Shown in pieces: positions 1-11,672 of a stretch of DNA of 64,000 nucleotides. Source of the DNA: Mobula hypostoma (Eukaryota); assembly GCF_963921235.1 (NCBI RefSeq), contig NC_086108.1, forward strand, positions 81,904,001 through 81,968,000, written 5' to 3'. Numbering within the stretch: the stretch's first letter is position 1; each line of letters begins with the position of its first letter. The notes beneath the pieces were generated by a model. That model was not told where the DNA came from and searched no databases. It saw nothing but the letters and a program-made list of their open reading frames with translations. A program made the position numbers and the translations under genes.

Positions 1-214
1 TCACATTTGAGCCAAAATTCAATTTGTTACCAAGATAGAACAGCAGTGTTGTTTGAACCAACACTTCGATGTAAACTCCAGATAAGGTTTGGCATCGTAA
101 AAACCTAGGGGAAGCCTTGTAAATGGAGGTCAAACACTATACAAAATATTGCCAAAAATTGTTAACTGTTGCGTTAACCAACGTTTCAATAATAATTGTT
201 TGTAAAACCAAATC

Positions 215-1113
215 AGTTGGTAGGCATGATAAGTTTGAAGTTGCCCTATTTGGCCCCCCTGACTCCATCAAAGTGATTACCAACAGTCTTGGTAACCTGT
301 GCACCCTTGTCAAACCCCATGTTAAATCCCTTGGTGTGATATTTGATTCCACCTTTAAGTTTGACAAGAAAGTTAATGCAGTAGTAAAAGCCATTTTACT
401 ATTGCCAAAATCAAGCAGTTTCTCTCTTTCAAAGATCTTGAGAAAGTCATCCACGCCCTTATATCCTCCCACTTGGACTACTACAATTCCCTATATACTG
501 GGATTAGTCAGTCGTCCCTGTCCCGTCTGCAACTAGTCCAGAATGCCGCAGCCAGGCTCCTAACAGGTGCCCGGAAGAGGGACCTTATTACTCCTGTCCT
601 GGCCTCCTTCCACTGGCTGCCAGTATGGTTCAGAATTGATTTTAAGATTCTCCTGTTTGTTTATAAAGCCCTAAATGGGCTGGCCCGCTCTTACATCACA
701 GACCTTCTAACCCCTTATTCTACTTCCAGGTCCCTCAGGTCGGCTGACTTGGGACTCCTGGCTGTCCCGCGATCTAAACTTAAGCTCAGGGGTGACCATG
801 CCTTTGCTATTGTAGCTCCCAGACTGTGAACAGCATTCACCTCCCTATCAGATCTGCCTCCTCCATCAACTTTTAAATCCAGGCTCAAATCTTACTTTTA
901 TTCACTAGCGTTTGAATTCTCCTGATGTGGCTGATTTTTGGCTTGTGCCTAGGCCCTTGTGTTGTTTCTTTTGTGCCTATAAGCTGTTTGCCTTGTTGGT
1001 TATGTCTGTGTTTCTGGTATTTGTAATCTTAGCTATTCTGCTCTGATCTGTACAGCTCTTTGGTCAATGTGGGTTGTTTTTAAATGTGCTATATAAATAA
1101 ATTTGACTTGACT
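215..1113 (+). mobile_element. L2-clade LINE, 5'-truncated 3' end
   Basis: ORF2 C-terminal motifs LGVIFDS, LQLVQNAAARLLTG and HWLPV..RIDFKILL (ORF 473-829). The 3' tail is aataaa followed by (ttgac)n. Confidence 0.85.
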
Positions 1114-1532
1114 TGTATGAATGTAATGTTTACTTCTGCATTAGCTATGCCTTTTGTTTGTTTTGCCTTGAGATATGTTTGTGGCAAATTAAGTGCTTAG
1201 TCATCTGTTTTAACTGATCAAATTATCATACTATTCATGAGCAATATGTCTTGTTCATACTATTAACCTATGTTGGCTGCGAATAGTAGACAAGATGCAA
1301 AACTACTGCTTCTGTTATGGATGTGGCACTCACAAATTGATGCAAGACCAGTGTCCCCAAAGAAGGTTTTATTTGCTTGTTTTAACAATTAATTGAAACT
1401 TATCAAAGCTATTAAGAAAACTGTGGGTTGCTCATTCTCTCTTGAGCGAGTGTTCAAATTTAGCTCAGTTTCTCAATTTGTGAGTATTTTATATTTCTGT
1501 TTTTCTCAGTCTAATACTCTTTTGTTCCATAG

Positions 1533-1636
1533 ACTAAACTGAAGCATCCTATGTACCAGTCCATGGCAAAGATTGGCATGAAGCTTGCCATCCAGTTCCT
1601 GTTTCAAACCTACTTGAGAACCAAGAAAAAACTAAG
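1533..1636 (+). CDS. USP24: USP24 internal coding exon (TKLKHPMYQSMAKIGMKLAIQFLFQTYLRTKKKL-R)
   Basis: AG acceptor at 1531-32 and GT donor at 1637. The translation matches the vertebrate USP24 C-terminal region as recalled (LAIQFLFQTYLRTKKKLR). Phase 0->2 fits the next exon. Confidence 0.93.
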
Positions 1637-2053
1637 GTATGAAATTAAGAGATAAGTTTGTTTTCTTATCTCGCCTAACATTCATGCGCAAGCAGGATCA
1701 TCATTCGGTGAGCAGAAATACTTTTCCTTCCACCTTCTTTACCACAGGGTTTCTTACTATTCTACAGTGTTGTCTGCTGTGCTTAACTGGAGTTTGAATA
1801 CAAATACTATTGATATGTAGGAATCAGTGGCAAACTATTTGTCATAAGGGAACTTGATTTTTTTTTGTTTTATTTTCTGTTCGGTATTGACATGAAACCT
1901 AAAGTCAAATGTGAAACAAACAAAGTTGTAAAAAACAAATTGCTGTAACAACTCAGTGGGTCACCCATTATCTGCAGAGGCAGAGGGGTTGGCTTTTCAA
2001 AATGAGGCACTGTAGCAGGCCCAAGTTCTTCCAGCAGTTTCAGATTCCATTAT

Positions 2054-2790
2054 TTGCAGATGCTGGAAATTTGATCAACACACACAAAATGCTGGAGGAA
2101 CTCAGCAAGCTGGGCAGCATCTAGGAAAAGAGTACAGTCGATGTTTCGGGCCGCGCTTTATAGATCGAGGTCCAGTAATCAAAAGGCTGTTTAAGGCATT
2201 GATATATGCAGTAGCATAGAAACAGTGGCTGGTCATTTTCCTCACTGACACTTCTGTCCACAGCCTCCTCCACAACCAGCTTGAGGCTAAACACAAATTA
2301 GAGGAATAGCATCTCATATTCTTCCCGGGGTCGTCTTCAAACTGGTAACATGAATATCAAGTTTTCAAGCTTCCAATAACCACTCCCCCTGACTCTTTTC
2401 CCTTGTATTTCGTTTTTGTCTCCTGCTGATCCAGCTGGCCCTGTCACCCTGTTGATTACCCCTCCCCCACCTTCTCCATCTGCCCATTAGCCACACACTC
2501 CTTTCATTAGTTGCCTTTCCACCTTCCTCCCTTTATTGCATGTCCACTGTTCTCTCCTATCAGCTCCCAGCTTCTGGCTGATTCCCACTCTATACCTAAC
2601 ATGCCTATCACTGCTCCTCACCTGAACCTGCCAGCTCTTGCTCTACCCTTTCTCTAACATTTTTATGCTGGCTGCCCTCCCCTCTTTCTCTCCAGTCCAG
2701 TTGAAGGGTCTCAACCTGAAATGTCAACTGTCCATTTCCCTCCATTGATGCTGCCTGGCCTGCTGAGTTCTTTTAGCACGTTTATGTTGT
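2054..2790 (+). mobile_element. Degenerate Penelope-like element 3' end with inverted pseudo-LTR piece
   Basis: 2054-2152 is the reverse complement of the pLTR at about 2700-2790. It has a GIY-YIG tail remnant (KLEE.HLIF) and a pyrimidine-rich UTR. Confidence 0.7.
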
Positions 2791-3471
2791 CAGTAGAAAT
2801 AAAGGTTATTTGAAGCAGTTCAACGTGGTTAACATATTGCATACTGTACATTTTATTGAAAATGTTTTTTCCTTTTATTCATTAACACAAAATGTTGAGC
2901 TCATCTAATCTGCATTTCAGAGCTAACCAAATAAAAGTTCTTGTATTGTTTGATGGATTATTGCAAATGCTATTACTGCTGAAGTTTTCATCAGCTGTTT
3001 GGGTAGCAGCATTTGATGTGTAGAGTCATAGAACACTACAACACACAAACAGGCCCATTGGCCCATCTAGTTCATGTCACACTGGTCTCCTCCATAGTTC
3101 TGTCTATCTGCGCCCGGACTATAACCTTCCATATCTCTCTTATCTGTGTACCTATCCAAGCATCCCTCGTATGATACAATTCCCCCTTCCCCTCGTACCC
3201 CATCTGTTATTTATTTATTTATATACATACATTCTTTCTCTCTCTCCTTTTTTCTCCCTCTGTCCCTCTGACTATACCCCTTGCCCATCCTCTGGGTTCC
3301 CCCCCCCTTCCTTCTCCCTGGGCCTCCTGTCCCACGATCCTCTCATGTCCCTTTTGCCAATCAACTGTCCAGATCTTGGCTCCATCCCTCCCCCTCCTGT
3401 CTTCTCCTATCATTTTGGATCTCCCCCTCCCCCTCCCACTTTCAAATCTCTTACTAGCTCTTCCTTCAGTT

Positions 3472-3507
3472 AGTCCTGACGAAGGGTCTGGGCCCGAAAC
3501 GTCGACT
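3472..3507 (+). ncRNA. Minimal type I hammerhead ribozyme motif (PLE)
   Basis: agtc-CTGACGA-a-ggg..ccc(stem II)-GAAA-cg-TC-gact. Stem I is agtc/gact. Predicted cleavage is after GTC at 3503. Confidence 0.8.
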
Positions 3508-3573
3508 GTACCTCTTCCGAGAGATGCTGCCTGGCCTGCTGCATTCACCAGCAACTTTGATGTGTGTTGCTTG

Positions 3574-6500
3574 TGCAGCCCCCCTGGCCACCCTCAGGGT
3601 CGCTCGGCTCGCTGTCGTCTAGGGAAACAGCCTTGGCCCCGCCAAACTGGGTAATTCGTTTGTGTGGATGCTGTGTGAGGTACCCCACCCTGCCCAAATA
3701 ACAGACATTACACCAGATGCAATTAAATGATTTACAGTTTATAGATATTACTGGAACTATATAATTAAAAGAGAATAAAATATAAAAGGAAAATAAAAGG
3801 CGCCACATTTATCAAAGTTCAATCTCTTCGTGCACAAACACCGTTGGAGCTCAAGGACCTTCTTCTTCACCCTGCGACCCCCTCGGACCACCTCGACCGG
3901 CCGCCTGGGACCAACAACAGTGGTCGACCAGACGCTCCACACGAGTCCATCTCCGTCTCCTCGCTGAACGTCCCGCTCGGGGTCCGACCCCGTTAGCGGA
4001 CTCACAGCATCTGGTCCATCCTCTGTCTCGCTCTCCCGCCTTCTGCCCCAAAACCCCGCGCTACAGTATCTTCAAATACACCAAAACCATAACAACTATC
4101 CCAATTGGTTAATAGCACCCTCTTATCACCCTCTAAACCACAATAAGCTGCTAGCGCAAACTTTCTCAGCGTTGAAGCACAACAAAGCCGCATTCCCCAG
4201 ATTAACATAACAAAAACGCCATTTTAATTAGCCTCCGCAGTAACATAAAAATCGAAACCCCCTTACACTCTCCCCCCACCAAATAAAGTCATGTCCTCAT
4301 GACTTCTAAATAACTCGCCACCCAGTCCTACAGATACACAACACACACATACACAGATACACACAGTGACAGTGCTCCCCAAACAGTAGACCTTACTCCC
4401 GTCCCACGGGCGCTAAATAGGCCAACCTATCTGGGAGCTTCTTAACCCTCTGAGACCTCCGTACCCCCTCACCTAAACCCAAAAGGCTCAGACACTACTA
4501 GGGATACCTCGGGCCTGCTTGCCAACTCCTCTCTCACTCAGGGCACCACTACAGCTCGGAACCCCCGTCCCGTGTCCGGGGCCCCGCCTCTCCTCCTTCC
4601 TGATCCTGATGACTGCCCACAGCTAGCCCTCCCCACTACACCTGACTCAGTGAGAGAAGGGCCAAAGGTCTCTTCCTCAATCACGGGGAAGTTAGCGAAA
4701 GGCAGCATGTTCCACATGTGCAGCACATCATCCTTTGAATCCGTATCCTTCCTCATTCCCTCGATCGATAGCTACTGGTTAAGTTTCTCCAAACTGAAAC
4801 ATTTAGCCCTTCAGCCTCCTGCAGTCGAGATGTCACCTTCTTCGGGGACTCCTTCAACTCTCACCACAGCCTCAGCAGTTCTGACTCAGGGTTCTTGGCC
4901 ATCTCAATCTGAGACGCAGTTACCCCACCAGCTTCTTCCACCCTGACCTGAAAAGCAGCAGTTAAAGAATGTTCAGCCTCCGGTTGTTTCTTCCTGAGGG
5001 CGTCCTCCAGGTCAACTTTCAGTTTTTCCACTTCATTTAAACTCGCGATAGTCATCTTCAGGTTCCTTTCAAGCGTCCGCCTCCCTTTTCCGAGATCTGT
5101 CCTCCATTTCTTTACCTCCTCGGGAGTGTAGTCAAACTCCCCTCCCTGGGCTCTCGGTTTTCTGTTGACCTTAGTCAGAACACTTCCTTGATCTTCCCCA
5201 ACTTGTAAATCTTCCAATCTGTTCTGAATGGACGTCTTGAGTTTCTGCTGATCCCTTCGAAGGTGGGTCATTGTTTCTTCTCGCTGGATTAATTTGTCAG
5301 TATATGACCGCAGTGCGGTGCAAATCCCCTCTCTTCTCTGTGTCTCATTCAGATTGACGACCTGGGTTTCCATCCCCCGGTCCAGCACCGTCTGTCCCAA
5401 CACCAGGAAGTTCAACTGGTATGTCGGGTCATTTTCCTCAGATTGCACCAAACTCCTCCGGCCAAAAACTCCTCCACATTTGACACTTCGCTTCGGTCGC
5501 CCAGGCTCAGCCACTCACCTCGCCTCATAATCTCCCCAGGCGAATCCAAGCTCTAGGCGGTCATCCACATACGTCAAAACTCCACACACCTTCACTTCCC
5601 CCATGGTTTTCCTCACGCCCCACGGGAAGGATGCAGGGGCTCCGGATATGCCCTTGGGCATCTTTTCGGATCGGAAGAATCCTAGGGAACTAGTAAAGGC
5701 CATCTTCAGCTCAACAGCTGCACTCCTCAGGATCTGGCAACATCCACCCCTCAGATGCAGCACATTAAACCACGTCGCATCATCCACACATGCGCTGCCT
5801 TCATCTTCCATGCCGCCAGGGTCCAGTTGCCGCGACCTCTCTCTCACTGAGGTGTCTTCAGCGGTCAACTCCCCTCCCTCGTGGTGGTTCGGAGCATCTA
5901 CTAAGAGGGTCTCACCCTCAGCTACTTTCCCCAAGCCGTACCACCGCTGGGTCTCGTTTAAATTCAGTACTGGCTCAAGGCTGCTACACACGTCCTCAGA
6001 AGCAACTCGACATGCTGGGTGCCCAGAAAATGCCTCCATGAACTCCAGGATCATTAACCAATCATCGTCTTCTGGATAATTACCGGCACTGGTACCCAAA
6101 GTCTCGGGTGCCCTTGCGGTTGTCAAGGATAAATGCTTCAGACACTGGTTGTAAAACGAACTGTACAACAACTTGATCTGTGCCCCGGGGTCGAGGATAG
6201 CTTTAGCATTGCTTCCCTCTATTCATAACGACACCCTGGGGCGTGGTCCCTCTAAGCCTTCAGGAATAGGGTCTTTTCCTTGCGGAAGTTCAGTGGTACA
6301 TTGCTAGGAACGTGCTTCCCCAGAGACCGCAGGCCGTTCCCCCACTGGACCTCCACTAAGTTTCCCGACACCTCTCTGATCAGCTGAACAACTGATCCCC
6401 TGAAATGATCCCCCTGGCACTACAAGCAATTTAGCCGCCCTCCTCGCCAGAGAAGACACACTGAAAACTTTCCCCCCCTTTCAAATAACTGACAGCTGTC

Positions 6501-7645
6501 ACTACGGTGTTTGTGAACCTGACAGCTCTAACACCGTCACCAGCCCGCCTACTCAAACTTTCAACCAATCCCTGTCGCTCTCCCTCAACCGAGCACTGCC
6601 ACTCATCTAACAACTGAGAGATCCGCTCTGCCCACGTCTCACACGTCTCCGCCCCTCCTGGGGTGGACACTATCCCCAGTGCCAGGCGGATCCTGCCAGA
6701 GCTAGAACATTTATTCGCAGACTCTACCTCCAAATCAGACCACTCTTTCCTCTCTCTCCCAACTGCATGGACAGCCCCGAGTTCCACCTCTAACTCGTCA
6801 ATGCTAGTCTGAACTCGAACAAAGACCGCACCCACAACGCATACAGCAATCAACAGCAAATAACCCACAGAGACACACATTACAGATTTAAACAGGGCAC
6901 CCACACAGCATACCAACAGACTCAAGCATCCCGGACAAAGCCCCCACAATGCAGCCTCCCTGGTCACCCTCAGGGTCACTCGGCTCGCTGTCGTCTAGGG
7001 AAACAGCCTCGGCCCCGCCCAAACTGGGTAATTAGTTTGTGTGGATGCTGTGTGAGGTACCCCACCCCGCCCAAATAACAGACATTACACCAGATGCAAT
7101 TAAATGATTTACAGTTTATAGATATTACTGGAACTATATAATTAAAAGAGAATAAAATATAAAAGGAAAATAAAAGGCACCACACTTATCAAAGTTCAAT
7201 CTCTTCGTGCACAAACACCGTTGGAGCTCAAGGACCACCTTCTTCACCCTGCGACCCCCTCGGACCACCTCGACCGGCCGTCTGGGACCAACAACGGTGG
7301 TCGACCAGACGCTCCACACAAGTCCGTCTCCGTCTCCTCGCCGAACGTCCCGCTCGGGGTCCGACCCCGTTAGTGGACTCACAGCACCTGGTCCATCCTC
7401 TGTCTCGCTCTCCTGCCTTCTGCCCCAAAACCCCGCGCATACAGTATCTTCAAATACACCAAAACCATAACAACTATCCCAATTGGTTAATAGCACCCTC
7501 TTATCACCCTCTAAACCACAATAAGCTGCTAGCGCAAACTTTCTCAGCGTTGAAGCACAACAAAGCCGCATCCCCCAGATTAACATAACAAAAACGCCAT
7601 TTTAATTAGCCTCCGCAGTAACATAAAAATCGAAACCCCCTTACA
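3574..7645 (-). mobile_element. Internally deleted (non-autonomous) Gypsy LTR element
   Basis: TG..CA LTRs at 3574-4267 and 6950-7645, about 3% divergent by manual count, with a 4-bp TSD CTTG. It has a tRNA-Pro-like PBS (TGGGGGCTTTGTCCGGGAT) next to 6949 and a PPT next to 4268. Gag, protease (ILDPGAQ) and RT (YVDD) remnants are present, with no RNase H or integrase core. Confidence 0.9.
4861..6171 (-). pseudogene. Chimeric pol-derived reading frame (protease tail, RT remnant, coiled-coil-like segment) with one in-frame TGA at 5515-5517
   Basis: ORFs 5515..6171 and 4861..5514 are adjacent and in the same frame. The RT-like stretch is MPKGISGAPASF..VLTYVDD. Confidence 0.7.
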
Positions 7646-8069
7646 CTTGAATTTCCAGCATCTGCAGAATTCCTCGTGTTTGCGAGGTTACAGAGAATGG
7701 TGTGCAGGATTTTCAGGCTCTGGATCCAGCACATTATTCTCCACAACTTCTGCCTTTTCATCTTCACTACCACCTTATTATTTTGGCTCCATGTATAGAT
7801 GATCATACAAATCTTCAGGAGGTGCAATATTGACCTTTGCTATCCTTTTCTTCATAATATTACTGTAATATAACTGTAGAAACCCTTGAGATTCTCTTTC
7901 ACCTTGTCAGCTAGACCAATTTTATGACCTCTTTCAGCTCTCCTGATTTCTTTCTCAAGTGTACCCTTGCATTTCTCATAATCTTCAAGTACCTTATTTA
8001 ACCCCAATTGCCTACGCCTGATATGCATCTCCTTTTTGGCCTCAACATCACTCGATAGATTAGATATGA

Positions 8070-8420
8070 ACAGATTAGATATGGCAAAGTTATTTCCTGT
8101 AGTAGGGCATTCTAGGACAAGAGAGCATAACTTCAGGATTGAAGGACATCCATTTAGAACAGCGATGCGGAGAAATTACTTTAGTTGGAGGGTGGTAAAT
8201 CTGTGCAATTAGTTGCCATGAGCAGCTGTGGAGGCCAAGTCATTGGGTTTATTTAAGGCAGAAATAGATAGGTTCTTGATTAGCCAGGGCATCAAAAGGG
8301 TATGGGGAAAAGGCAGGGGAGTGGGGATGACTGAAACAATTGGATCAGTCCATGATTGAATGGCAGAGCAGACTCAATGGGCTGAATGGCCTACTTCTGC
8401 TCCGATATCTTATGGTCTTA
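8070..8420 (+). mobile_element. CR1-clade LINE 3' fragment
   Basis: Same 3' end as the copies at 18300-18690 and 52800-53185 (gaatggc..gcagactc..gggc.gaatggcct..ttctgctcc..tcttatggtc). Confidence 0.75.
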
Positions 8421-9366
8421 TAATCAATTTAAGTTCTCTAAACTGAAGAGAAAATCTGCAGATGCTGGGAATCCAAGCAACACACACTAAATGCTGGAGG
8501 AAAAGAGATGCCGCCTGGCCTGCAGAGATCATCCAGCATTTTGTGTGTGTGGGTGTTCTTTAAACTTGTTAGCTTTGCCTTTTCTCTGACAAGAATATAC
8601 AGATTCTGTATTTTCAATATTTCAGTTTTTGCAGATCTCCCACTTACTAAGCACCCCACGAAACAACCTACCCAGTCCATGTTTGCCAGATCTCTTCTGA
8701 TGCAATCAAAATTGGCCTCTCTCCAATTTAGAATCTTAACCCAAGGCTTGTCCTACCCTTATCCATAATTATCTTGAAACTAACAGACTTATGATCACTA
8801 GGTCCAAAGTGTTCCCCTGTGCAGACTTCTGTCACCTGCCCTGTCTCATTTCTTAATGGGGCTTCCAGTATTACACTCAATCTAGTCGGGACCTCTATAT
8901 ATTGATTAAGGAAACATTTGACAAACTCTTATCTTATCCTGTTCTTTTACAGTATTAGTCCTAGTCAGTGTGTGAAAAGCTAAAATCAACAACTACCACA
9001 GCCTTGTATTTCCTGCATCTGTCTACCATCTCTCTACAAATTTGCTCCCCGAAATCCAGCCAACTATTGGGAGATCTATAATATAGTTCCATCAATGCGA
9101 TCATTCATTTTTTCATTCCTCAGTTCCACCCAAATTGCCTCAATAGACCAGTCCCATCCCCCAGTATGTCCTCTTGGTGCATTGCCATGGCATTTTTCCT
9201 AATTAATAATGCCACCATTCCCACTTCAATACTTACCCTTCTGTCATTCTAAAACAACGGAATCCTGGAACATTGAGCTGGCAGTCCTGACCTTCCAACA
9301 ACCAAGTCTTATTAATGGTTACAACATCATAATTCCGTATAGTGATCCAAGCTCCAAGTTTATCAA

Positions 9367-9842
9367 CACTTTGACTCATTTCAACTTTTCGGCCACACTT
9401 TGACTCATTTCAACTTTTCGACCACACTTCGACTCTTTTCAACTTTTCGACCACACTTTGACTCATTTCAACTTTTCGACCACACTTCGACTCTTTTCAA
9501 CTTTTCGACCACACTTTGACTCTTTTCAACTTTTCGACCACACTTTGACTCTTTTCAACTTTTCGACCACACTTTGATTCTTTTCAACTTTTCGACCACA
9601 CTTTGACTCTTTTCAACTTTTCGACCACACTTTGACTCTTTTCAACTTTTCGACCACACTTTGACTCATTTCAACTTTTCGACCACACTTTGACTCATTT
9701 CAACTTTTCGACCACACTTTGACTCATTTCAACTTTTCGACCACACTTTGACTCATTTCAACTTTTCGACCACACTTTGACTCATTTCAACTTTTCGACC
9801 ACACTTTGACTCATTTCAACTTTTTGACCACACTTTGACTCA
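9367..9842 (+). repeat. 29-bp minisatellite, about 16.4 copies (CACTTTGACTCATTTCAACTTTTCGACCA)
   Basis: 16 full units counted directly. Variants are CTCAttt/CTCTttt and TTTG/TTCG. Confidence 0.97.
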
Positions 9843-10199
9843 GACTCGCTATCACAGCCATATATCCTTTCTTGGAACGTGTTCAACTTCTCTAACTTCC
9901 GCTAGGCCCCACCTCCCCCTCGTACCCCATCTGTTACTCATTTTTATGCACACATTCTTTCTCTCACTCTCCTTTTTCTCCCTCTGTCCCTCTGAATATA
10001 CCTCTTGCCCATCCTCTGGGTCACCCCCCCCCTTGACTTTCTTCCCGGACCTCCTGTCCCATGATCCTCTCGTATCCCCTTTTGCCTATCACCTGTCCAG
10101 CTCTCGGCTCTATCCCTCCCCCTCCTGTCTTCTCCTATCATTTTGGATCTCCCCCTCCCCCTCCAACTTTCAAATCCCTTACTCACTCTTCCTTCAGTT

Positions 10200-10235
10200 A
10201 GTCCTGACGAAGGGTCTCGGCCTGAAACGTCGACT
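10200..10235 (+). ncRNA. Minimal type I hammerhead ribozyme motif (PLE)
   Basis: agtc-CTGACGA-agggtctcggcct-GAAA-cg-TC-gact. Confidence 0.8.
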
Positions 10236-11672
10236 GCACCTCTTCCTATAGATGCTGCTTGGCCTGCTGCGTTCACCAGCAACTTTGATGTATGTTGCTT
10301 GAATTTCCAGCATCTGCAGAATTCCTGTTGTCCAAGTTTATCAATACTCCTTACATTGAAATAGGTCCAACTCAGAACATTAGTCCCATCACGCTTAATC
10401 TTTCTGTTTCCATCTTTGCTTGTAGGCTCACGTCTACTTTCCCCACAACTACTTCAATATCTGCTCTGGTGTTCTGGTTCCCATCCCTTTGCAACTCCGT
10501 TTAAACCTGCCTCCTGCCCCCCCCCACCCCCTCCAGTTTAGGTACAAGCTGTCCCTTCTGTACAGGCCCTACCTTCCCTGGAAAAAAGGCCAAAGATCCA
10601 AAAATCTGAAGCCCTCTCACCTGTATAATTTCCTTAGCCATGAGATGAACTGTAGAGTCTCTCTATTTCTGCATTCACACAGGTAGCAATCCTGAGATCA
10701 TCACTCTGGAGGTCCTGTCCAGATCCTAACTCCCTGAACTCACTTTGCAGGGCCTCATCACCTTTCCTGCCCATGTCATTGGTGCCATTGTGGATCACAA
10801 TTTGACTGCTCACCCTCCCCCTTATAAATGCCCTGACTATGATCTGCAACATCTTTGATCTTTGATGTGATGACTTTTCCTGCCTCAATCATGTTGCACG
10901 CAATCTCACTGGCCTCTAACCTTTTAATTAAAACTTAAGCAATTTAAATGAAAACAACTTTGCATGCAGTTACTGTGGAACATGTTCACTTACAAGGAAT
11001 CTGCATTTTCCACGTCCTTTTTACATTAGTACAAAGTCAAAGGTGAGATTTATAATGTTTGTTTTCAGATCCTATTTCATTGTGTCCTAATCCTGTGCTA
11101 TCTTCCTGAATGTGCATCACCGCTGAGTGAAAATTATATTCTAAGAAAATTCCTTTGTGATTTATTCTTGTGTTCCTCATTACATGTATTTTCTGTTAGA
11201 GCAAGCAAGGAAAATCAGTATTTCCCCAATTTCAAAGAGTTTTAAATTTAGTTACCCGCTGTTGCAACTAATTAAAATTTTCCCCATAAATGAATCAGAT
11301 TGCACATTAACAGATATAAAACTTGCATGGATGTTTTCATATAAATTGCTCTAAATTTTGATCAAGCGTTTGGAGGCCAGTGAGTTTGCATGCAACGTAT
11401 TTTAAGCAAAAAAAATCATCACATCAAAGGTTCGCTGTATAGTTTACTAACTCCTTCGTTTTCATATCATTGTGTCCAGTATGAAACTTTCATGGTTTTT
11501 ATAATTCTTCCAAGTAGCACTTATTTAAAATTTATGTCCTTCGAAGATTGCAAAAAGTATATCTGGAGGGCAATAAATCAACATAGTGGCCTAGAATTTG
11601 TATATGCTTCAAAACATTAATAATGATGTAACGCCTTGGACTGTTAAGTGAAGAGGCTGGTTTCACACCAAT

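Larger units (their letters stand above)
3170..7685 (+). mobile_element. Penelope-like pseudo-LTR copy (3170-3573 plus 7646-7685) split by an LTR element
   Basis: Near-identical to the copies at 9884-10330 and 44208-44765. The two parts rejoin as gttgcttg|aatttccagcatctgcag across the insertion. Confidence 0.85.
9367..10330 (+). mobile_element. Penelope-like insertion (minisatellite plus ORF piece plus pLTR) with 14-bp TSD
   Basis: TCCAAGTTTATCAA at 9353-9366 and 10331-10344. The pLTR matches the other copies. Confidence 0.85.
8680..10860 (-). mobile_element. Old CR1 fragment (ORF1 esterase and endonuclease region) interrupted by the PLE/minisatellite insertion
   Basis: Minus ORF 10634-10888 contains HNGTNDMGRKGDEALQSEFRELG, an SGNH-like CR1 ORF1 motif. 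The sequence is continuous across the 14-bp TSD. Confidence 0.65.

Noticed and set aside
9367..9842. CRISPR-like look of the 29-bp repeats
   Set aside because: The units are directly adjacent with no unique spacers, and the context is a eukaryotic intron with no cas genes.
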